Shown here: in pieces, positions 25,847-32,000 of the stretch
Layout: every line of letters begins with the position of its first letter
Numbering within the stretch: the first letter of the stretch is position 1
Assembly (NCBI GenBank): GCA_964480775.1
Contig: CAYZRF010000002.1
Coordinates: forward strand, 1-32,000
Direction: 5' to 3'
DNA from: an uncultured Nitrososphaerota archaeon
Lineage (GTDB): Archaea; Korarchaeota; Korarchaeia; Korarchaeales; Korarchaeaceae
DNA length: 32,000 nucleotides
The notes under the pieces: generated by a model
Told to the model about the DNA's origin: nothing
What the model saw: only the letters and a program-made list of their open reading frames with translations
The model's database searches: none
Program-made: the position numbers and the translations under genes

Positions 25847-27197
25847 TAGAGTCCAAAAACTTCTCAATACTCTTGAATATCTTCTCTGCCACTTCTTTAG
25901 ATTCCCCTAAATAAGTAGTTGGATCTAGGAGAGAGCTGATTTCATCCTTTGAAATCCTCTCAATGACAGCTTTTTCTTGAGAGAGTAGATCAAAAAGACT
26001 CTTTCTTTCGTTAATAGCTCTCATAGAGAGATTTCTTATTAATTCATGGGCTTTTTGACGTCCCATTTGACGCCTAGCTAGTTCAAGCATCACTCTTTCT
26101 GCCATTATTAGGTCTCCTACCCTCTTAAGGTTCCTTTCCATCGCTTCTTCCTTGAGAACCATATTTTTAACCACGTATTCTAATGATCTAAGTTGTTCGT
26201 CTATTATGAGAAATGCTTCTGGTATTATTATTCGTTCAACAGAACTGTTTGTAAGATCTCTTTCATGCTCAAGAACTACATTTTCGAAAGCAGCCACGGC
26301 TAAACCCCTCATTACTCTGGCTAGCCCGCAAACCTTTTCGCTTCTTATGGGATTCCGTTTGTGGGGCATCGTGCTAGAACCAACTTGCTTTCTCTCCTTG
26401 AACGGTTCTTCTACTTCTGCGATCTCAGTCCTTTGCAGATTTCTTATCTCATTGGCAATTAGTTCAAGTGTTGAAGAGATTAAAGCGAATGTGGATATTA
26501 ACTCAGCAAGCGAATCTCTCGGTACGATCTGGGTTGAAATGTCTGCTTCTCTCAAACCTAGCTCTTGCATGACGAGTGACTGAATTTCTCTGCCCTTTCC
26601 ATAAAAAGAAGCCATTGTCCCTATAGCACCACTCATCTTGCCCCTAACAACTCTAGACTCAACTGAGTTGAGTCTTTCTAGGTTATTTTTCATAATACTA
26701 GCCCAGACCGCAAGTTTAAACCCGAATGGCATTGGAAGAGCAGCTATTCCGTGAGTTCTTCCTAAGCAAATTAAGTTTAGAGCTTCTCTCCCTCTCTTGA
26801 TAATATTTCTCGTTAGAGAAATAAGTCTGTGTTTCACTAAGGTGATTGCCTTCTTTAATTGGAGCGCTAAGGCCGTATCTAATATGTCGTTGGACGTTGC
26901 ACCAAAGTGCACATATTCCCCGTAAGGACCAACCTGTTCTGCTATTGCTAGAACGAGTGCCATGGTTTCGTGCTGAGTGACCTTTTCCAACTCAAATATT
27001 CGTTCTGGCTGAATCCTACCATCCCTTACAGCTTTAACTATATGGTCAGCAGCTTCCTTAGGTATAAGTCTAACCTTAGCTTCGGCCTTGGCAAGGGCCG
27101 CCTCTACTTCCGCCATAAGCTTGTACTTTGTAGAGATCTCGAAGATCTCTCTCATCTCTTTCGAACCATATCTATACTCTATAGGATGAACAGGCAT
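25836..27197 (-). CDS. purB: Adenylosuccinate lyase
   Basis: 453 aa with FGATSNDILDTA and the fumarate-lyase signature GSSTMPHKRNP. Length and C-terminal domain fit PurB. The ATG directly abuts the hel308 stop (TAGATG). Confidence 0.95.
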   Translation of the reverse strand: MPVHPIEYRYGSKEMREIFEISTKYKLMAEVEAALAKAEAKVRLIPKEAADHIVKAVRDGRIQPERIFELEKVTQHETMALVLAIAEQVGPYGEYVHFGATSNDILDTALALQLKKAITLVKHRLISLTRNIIKRGREALNLICLGRTHGIAALPMPFGFKLAVWASIMKNNLERLNSVESRVVRGKMSGAIGTMASFYGKGREIQSLVMQELGLREADISTQIVPRDSLAELISTFALISSTLELIANEIRNLQRTEIAEVEEPFKERKQVGSSTMPHKRNPIRSEKVCGLARVMRGLAVAAFENVVLEHERDLTNSSVERIIIPEAFLIIDEQLRSLEYVVKNMVLKEEAMERNLKRVGDLIMAERVMLELARRQMGRQKAHELIRNLSMRAINERKSLFDLLSQEKAVIERISKDEISSLLDPTTYLGESKEVAEKIFKSIEKFLDSITA

Positions 27198-29342
27198 CTA
27201 ACTCATCTCCCTAGCTAACTGAACTATCTTACTAGCAATTTTCTCTCCAATACCTGGAAGTCTCGCCAACTCGGCCACATCTGCGCGCGCTATCTCAACA
27301 GGAGAGATGTATCCCGCATCATATAGAATACGACCCCTTCTTCTTCCAATTCCAGGGATTCTCACGATATCCAACAACTCATCCTTCACCCCGTACTTTA
27401 CCCTATCCATAAGCCTCTCGAGATACCTGTAAAGTTCTCGTTTTTGAAATAGCTTGACTATTTCGGAAAACGAATACACTAACCACACCGCATTTTGAAC
27501 TACATTGTGAAGATCACCAGGCTCAACCCTAAATTTCTCCTCTATTTCTCCCATGGACATCTCACTTATCCAAGCCCTAAGGGTTAGGGCGAGCTTAACT
27601 GTTTGTAGTAACTCGTACGATGATGCAAGAGGAGCATCTGCAAGAGGAATAAGATATTCTAACTCGTCTATTATCATCCCAATTTTATCGTATTCCATTC
27701 TCCTAAGGCCTATTTTCGGCATATCTGGTAGCATCCCAATAAACTGCAGGACAGATAGCTCTAAATCATGTACTGATCTTTTCAAAAGTCTATTTGCGGG
27801 CTCCATGGCTTCCACCATCATAATAGCGCTCATTGGATCTATGTAAAGCTGAGAAACCCTTTTCCCTAGCTTTGTTGCAAGCAACGATCCCCCAACTCTC
27901 TCAATCATCCCGTTTTTCTGTAAGAACTCCAAAATGGGATCGATTATCCTCTTTATTAGTCGACTTCCTCCTTGTATGGAGAATAGAGTTTTATTAAGGA
28001 CTTTTCCTATCTCTCTTTCATTTGTAGGTTCCTTCAAAGCTACTAAGGACAAAATTTGAGCTCTTAACTTCGTTATGCTGTGGAGGCTTGAGGATATTGG
28101 CTCTGGAGAAGCAAACAGGTATTTTTCTAACAACTTTTCTGCTTCTCCTTTGGATCTAGCTATGACAAGAGCCTCCCCAACCTCATCGTAATCTGGCCTA
28201 CCTGCCCTGCCTGCCATTTGCTTGAATTCCATTGTGGATATTGGTCTTGAATAGCCCGCCGTACTATCATAACGCATGTAAGAAGCGATAATAACTCTTC
28301 TAGCGGGCAGATTTACGCCAGCAGCAAGGGTTGGAGTAGCTGTGAGTGCAAGTAGCAACCTTTTCCTGAATAAATCCTCTACCGTAGCCCTCATTCTATA
28401 AGAGAGGCCTGCGTGGTGAAAAGCAACCCCCTCTCTTATCACACTTGCCAATTCTCTTGCGAGATGCGATGATGGCTCATCTTCGACGAGTTCTTCTGCC
28501 TTCGTAGAAAGAATCTCCTTATCTACTTTTACATCATATTTCCTAAATATTCTGGCTATTTTCTTGGCTCCGCTGACCGCTGCTTTCCTTCTCATATAAA
28601 AAACTAAGACTTGGCCCCCATCTAAACAATCTAAGATTAAATCGGATAGATCCCCACCGTTGTGCACTCTTTGGCGTTTACCATCGTGAAAGACTATTTC
28701 TCCTTTGTAAAAAACACCATATCTTAAAGGAACTGGCCTCCAATCTATTACTATCTCTTGAGCTTCTAGCCACTTAGCTATTTGATCTATGTTTTGAATA
28801 GTTGCACTAAGCGCTATTCGTCTGGCCATTTCGTTTAAATCCATAAATTTGGCAACAGTCATCTCTATAGCTGGGCCCCTGCTCTCATCTGCCACATAAT
28901 GTATTTCATCAAAGACAATCGCACTAATGTCATCGATCCACGATGCTCTATGCCTGAGTATTGAGTCAAACTTCTCATACGTAGTTATGATTAGGTCATC
29001 TTTCCTTAAGGGTTCTTCAGACGAATCATAGTCCCCTACACTTATTCTAACTGAAAAACCAAGTGCTTTGTATCTTGGATAAAAGCTTGAGAATTTCTCG
29101 GAAGCCAAAGCCCTAAGAGGAACAACATAAACGATTTTTCCTCCTTTATACAGTTCATTGAGCATAATTAGCTCTGCTGCCAAAGTCTTGCCGCTTGCTG
29201 TTGGAGCCGCTAGAACGAAATTCCCAGATGAAACAAGCCCTTTTTTTATGACTTCTTGTTGGGGAGGAAAAAGCTTGATGAAACCCCACCTATTTAATGC
29301 GCTCTTTATGTTTTCTGGTAGCGGAGCCTGTTCAAGTAACAA
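27198..29342 (-). CDS. hel308: Ski2-like DNA helicase Hel308
   Basis: 714 aa with the Q motif FPPQQE, Walker A AAPTASGKT, DEIH (VFDEIHYV), SAT, and QMAGRAGRP. It has a winged-helix/ratchet region and a C-terminal helix-hairpin-helix (RLPGIGEKIASKI). A TTG start is assumed, 5 nt after the mcm stop. Confidence 0.92.
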   Translation of the reverse strand: MLLEQAPLPENIKSALNRWGFIKLFPPQQEVIKKGLVSSGNFVLAAPTASGKTLAAELIMLNELYKGGKIVYVVPLRALASEKFSSFYPRYKALGFSVRISVGDYDSSEEPLRKDDLIITTYEKFDSILRHRASWIDDISAIVFDEIHYVADESRGPAIEMTVAKFMDLNEMARRIALSATIQNIDQIAKWLEAQEIVIDWRPVPLRYGVFYKGEIVFHDGKRQRVHNGGDLSDLILDCLDGGQVLVFYMRRKAAVSGAKKIARIFRKYDVKVDKEILSTKAEELVEDEPSSHLARELASVIREGVAFHHAGLSYRMRATVEDLFRKRLLLALTATPTLAAGVNLPARRVIIASYMRYDSTAGYSRPISTMEFKQMAGRAGRPDYDEVGEALVIARSKGEAEKLLEKYLFASPEPISSSLHSITKLRAQILSLVALKEPTNEREIGKVLNKTLFSIQGGSRLIKRIIDPILEFLQKNGMIERVGGSLLATKLGKRVSQLYIDPMSAIMMVEAMEPANRLLKRSVHDLELSVLQFIGMLPDMPKIGLRRMEYDKIGMIIDELEYLIPLADAPLASSYELLQTVKLALTLRAWISEMSMGEIEEKFRVEPGDLHNVVQNAVWLVYSFSEIVKLFQKRELYRYLERLMDRVKYGVKDELLDIVRIPGIGRRRGRILYDAGYISPVEIARADVAELARLPGIGEKIASKIVQLAREMS

Positions 29343-29347
29343 TCAAT

Positions 29348-32000
29348 TCACCTTACTAAGGAGAGATATCCAGGTCTAGGTTCATATATGTGACCTTCTT
29401 CCCTAAGAACTCGGAGATCCTTCTCAATGATTTCCTCTTTTATACCTAACAACCTAGCTATCTCCTGAATGAACTCCACCTTGGGAACGGGACCTTTTCT
29501 ATCCTCTTCCATCTCCCTAAGGAACTCGATCTCTCTAGCACGTCTTTCTGCCTCTGATATGTACTTCCCAGCCATAACTCCATATATGTCGTATCTACCG
29601 CTGACAACGTCGTATCCAACCGTGCTCAGCATTATCTTCATGAGTTCGATGGCTTCCTTGGCGTCCTCCTCAGTAACTTCTCTCCTCAAAAACATCTTTG
29701 CTCTAGCTTCGCTAAGCCTAATCAAGGCCTCTAATTGTCTCGGAGTTATTGCAACAGATTCAAAAGCCATCTCTTGCTCCTTCTTCATACTCATTTTTCT
29801 CATTTCAAGGTAAAATTGCTTGATCAATTCCGCGGCTTTTTCAGACATAACTGGCCGGATCCTCTTCCTGGCATAAGCAATGTACTTTTCTAAAAGATCT
29901 GGAGGGATTGGAGGCTGAGCTTCCTTTCCTGTCCCAGCTCTAAGGGCAAGGATATGGTCTGCTATTTTCTCATCCAGAGTTGCGTCAGGAACATCTCTAA
30001 TTACGAAAATCAGATCGAAACGTGATAAAATTGTTGGAGGTAAGTTTATGTTCTCAGCGACAGATAAATCCGCATCATAACGCCCTCTCTTTGGATTTGC
30101 AGCTGCTATAATCGTCGTTCTCGCATTTAAAGTTGCAACGATCCCAGCTTTTGCTATGGATACTGTGTTATGTAGAACAACACCATGTGAAACAAAGTTA
30201 TGAGTCGGCTCTACTGTGACATCGTAGACCCATTTCGTCGAAAGATCTCCTTTGTTTGGCACGACCTCTACGCTTTCTATGGTTAGAAGATTGAAGCCAC
30301 CATCCTTCATAACAAGCTCCTCAATCTCATTACAACTTTCAGAAAATAACGTACAAAGCTCAGGAAGCCTTTGAACGCCTAATGTTGACTCACCACTTTC
30401 AACTTCGATAGCCGGCTTGGTTATCAAAGTATTCTCATCATAAACAAAAACAGGATGTTCTGGCGTTACAATTACCTCTTTACCATTCGAAAACTTCAGC
30501 TCAACAAAATATGAAGGAGCCAAGTGCCTACTTACCCTATCAATTCTCGATCTCTTTACCTCAAATGTCCTAAGATCAACTGTAAAAACTTCAATTTCTT
30601 GATCTAGAGGCAAAATCTGACAGTTTACACCGTTAATGACTTTTTCCGGATGCTTCTCCATGAGTTCATCTACAAAATGTCCAATCCATTTTTTGGTTCC
30701 ATCTGCGAACTGTATTTCAGTTGAGGGATGATATGACTGCTGCTCCATCGCTTCATGAATGGCTCTCCTATCATCTTCATTCATCTTATCGAACTCGTCT
30801 ATGCAAGCGATTCCACCATCCGCAATTACGAGAGCCCCTGCTTCTAACGTCCAACCTCCAGTTGCGGGCTCTCTGATCACAGCAGCAGTCAAACCAGCAG
30901 CTGTAGAACCTTTTCCAGTTGTATATAATCCTCTTGGAGAAACTTCTGCCGCATACTTCAAGAACTGGCTGTTATGGATGATGAATCCATTTGCAACAAA
31001 GTTCTTTGTTCCAGGAACCTCTATATCGTATACCCACCCATCATGCTTCCTTATCTTCTTTATCTCAACTACTCTTTCCCAATCTACTGTTGACTCGGAA
31101 ATAAAGTCTAAAAGACTGAGATCTTGTCTTATGGTGGCAACTTCTACTTTTTTGAAGGTAGAGGATCTCCTCCTTAACTCCTTTCTGAGTTCTCTAGAAA
31201 TCATACTTAGATGCTCCTTTGGAATCTTTGAAATGCCAAGCTCATATCTTCTAAGCAGGTAGGGCTTTATTCCAGTAAGAGATGCGAGGGTTGACCTAGG
31301 AATCTTCATTTCTTCTCTAATCTTCTTTACAAGCTTTCCAATACGAGGCACGCCAGGGTCCTGTTTCGCTTTTTGACCCTTAGACCCCGCGATCTTAGAG
31401 GTAAAGCCATCAAAAAGCGGAAAATCTTCTCCTACTAAACCTACGAACTGTTTAAGAGAACCTCCTTTTAGAATTATCTTACACGTTCTGTTGACCTCAA
31501 CATAAGGGACTATCCCTAGCCTCAAGAGAATGAGCCTAATCTGATGTGTTAGCCCCTGATTATACGTGTAAAACCATAATTTCTTGAGTTTTTCAGAGAA
31601 ATTAGCCGAAGAAGCAACATATCCCCTAATAAAAGGCAGCGCTAGTTCTTTCTGACAATATATCATCCATTTTGGTAGTTTTCTGGCTATTTTTTTGTCT
31701 TGTAGAGAGGGAATTAACGAGAGTATATCTTCATACACACTTTTGGAAATAAAGAACCCGATTTTCTTGTTTTTCCCTCTATTCTCATATGTACGAACTC
31801 CTCTTGCTTTCAAACAACCCTTTATGAGTTTTATAAGTCTGTTTACGCACTTCTCATCAAGTTGAATCGTAACTAAGACTGTGGTTTTCCTCTTTCTAAA
31901 TTGTGCTTTTCCCAAGAGGAAGCCTAAAACCTCCATTAGTTCCTGATCAACTTTCAACGAACATTTTGGAGGATCTTTGTTGTGCTTAGTTTCGAAAAGT
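29348..32000 (-). CDS. mcm: MCM replicative helicase, 5'-truncated by the window edge, interrupted by two inteins
   Basis: The extein segments are SQFLKYAAEV...GKGSTAAGLTAAV...ACIDEFDKM (Walker B)...HEAMEQQ | TVSIAKAGI...IIAAANP (sensor 1)...SRFDLIF (Arg finger), plus a C-terminal winged helix. The frame stays open upstream of the track's TTG 'start' at 31957, all the way to position 32000. Confidence 0.95.
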   Translation of the reverse strand, partial: LFETKHNKDPPKCSLKVDQELMEVLGFLLGKAQFRKRKTTVLVTIQLDEKCVNRLIKLIKGCLKARGVRTYENRGKNKKIGFFISKSVYEDILSLIPSLQDKKIARKLPKWMIYCQKELALPFIRGYVASSANFSEKLKKLWFYTYNQGLTHQIRLILLRLGIVPYVEVNRTCKIILKGGSLKQFVGLVGEDFPLFDGFTSKIAGSKGQKAKQDPGVPRIGKLVKKIREEMKIPRSTLASLTGIKPYLLRRYELGISKIPKEHLSMISRELRKELRRRSSTFKKVEVATIRQDLSLLDFISESTVDWERVVEIKKIRKHDGWVYDIEVPGTKNFVANGFIIHNSQFLKYAAEVSPRGLYTTGKGSTAAGLTAAVIREPATGGWTLEAGALVIADGGIACIDEFDKMNEDDRRAIHEAMEQQSYHPSTEIQFADGTKKWIGHFVDELMEKHPEKVINGVNCQILPLDQEIEVFTVDLRTFEVKRSRIDRVSRHLAPSYFVELKFSNGKEVIVTPEHPVFVYDENTLITKPAIEVESGESTLGVQRLPELCTLFSESCNEIEELVMKDGGFNLLTIESVEVVPNKGDLSTKWVYDVTVEPTHNFVSHGVVLHNTVSIAKAGIVATLNARTTIIAAANPKRGRYDADLSVAENINLPPTILSRFDLIFVIRDVPDATLDEKIADHILALRAGTGKEAQPPIPPDLLEKYIAYARKRIRPVMSEKAAELIKQFYLEMRKMSMKKEQEMAFESVAITPRQLEALIRLSEARAKMFLRREVTEEDAKEAIELMKIMLSTVGYDVVSGRYDIYGVMAGKYISEAERRAREIEFLREMEEDRKGPVPKVEFIQEIARLLGIKEEIIEKDLRVLREEGHIYEPRPGYLSLVR
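30167..30736 (-). mobile_element. MCM intein 2: 190-aa mini-intein without an endonuclease domain
   Basis: It starts SYHPSTEIQFADG directly after HEAMEQQ, has block B VIVTPEHPVFV, and ends WVYDVTVEPTHNFVSHGVVLHN followed by +1 Thr (TVSIAKAG). The length is a multiple of three (570 nt), and excision restores the conserved MCM motif. Confidence 0.85.
30971..32000 (-). mobile_element. MCM intein 1 (N-terminal end outside the window): LAGLIDADG-type homing-endonuclease intein in the P-loop
   Basis: It ends WVYDIEVPGTKNFVANGFIIHN followed by +1 Ser of SQFLKY, the residue after the Walker A lysine in MCM. Two LAGLIDADG-like helices are present internally (LGFLLGKAQF; FIRGYVASSANF), as is an HTH segment. 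Confidence 0.85.

Noticed and set aside
31955-31957. TTG 'start' of the 869-aa track ORF for MCM
   Set aside because: The frame stays open upstream to position 32000 (...LFETKHNKDPPKCS-L-KVDQ...), and the sequence there is intein interior. The gene is truncated by the window edge and does not initiate here.
1-32000. Search for CRISPR arrays, IS or transposon ends, integrases, toxin-antitoxin pairs, rRNA genes and long direct repeats
   Set aside because: I saw no regularly spaced repeats, transposase- or integrase-like ORFs, or rRNA-like GC-rich stretches. The only mobile elements are the two inteins inside mcm.

Overview
This is a compact, AT-rich chromosomal segment from an archaeon. The K/E/I/R-rich proteins suggest a thermophile. 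Almost all of it is housekeeping sequence. It holds a complete A1Ao (A/V-type) ATP synthase gene set split over two convergent transcription units: atpF-H-E-A-B-D-C on the + strand and atpI-K on the - strand. Other genes are a thermosome subunit, RNA polymerase subunits K and P, Alba, class I lysyl-tRNA synthetase, TBP, TFB, aSUI1, a Sec11-type signal peptidase, archaeosine tRNA-guanine transglycosylase, TrmI, PurB, Hel308 and a 5'-truncated MCM gene. Smaller genes include mtaD, a CYTH protein, wecB, AMMECR1, and DUF92 and DUF359 family members. There are two tRNA genes: tRNA-Leu(UAA), and a tRNA-Pro(GGG) carrying a 34-nt intron. I found no CRISPR array, IS element, prophage, rRNA or obvious defence island, and I cannot point to a convincing undescribed multi-gene system. 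The items most worth a second look are: (1) two inteins in MCM, the first with degenerate LAGLIDADG motifs plus an HTH, the second a mini-intein; (2) the tRNA-Pro intron at a non-canonical position with a near-perfect bulge-helix-bulge fold; (3) a ~53-nt GC-rich nested-hairpin island upstream of a small winged-helix gene; (4) a UDP-GlcNAc 2-epimerase with a C-terminal TrkA-C-like domain; (5) rpoP, a 48-codon gene missing from the ORF track; (6) very tight packing, with overlapping convergent gene ends and many GTG/TTG starts. All functional calls rest on motif recognition by eye. No database search was run.
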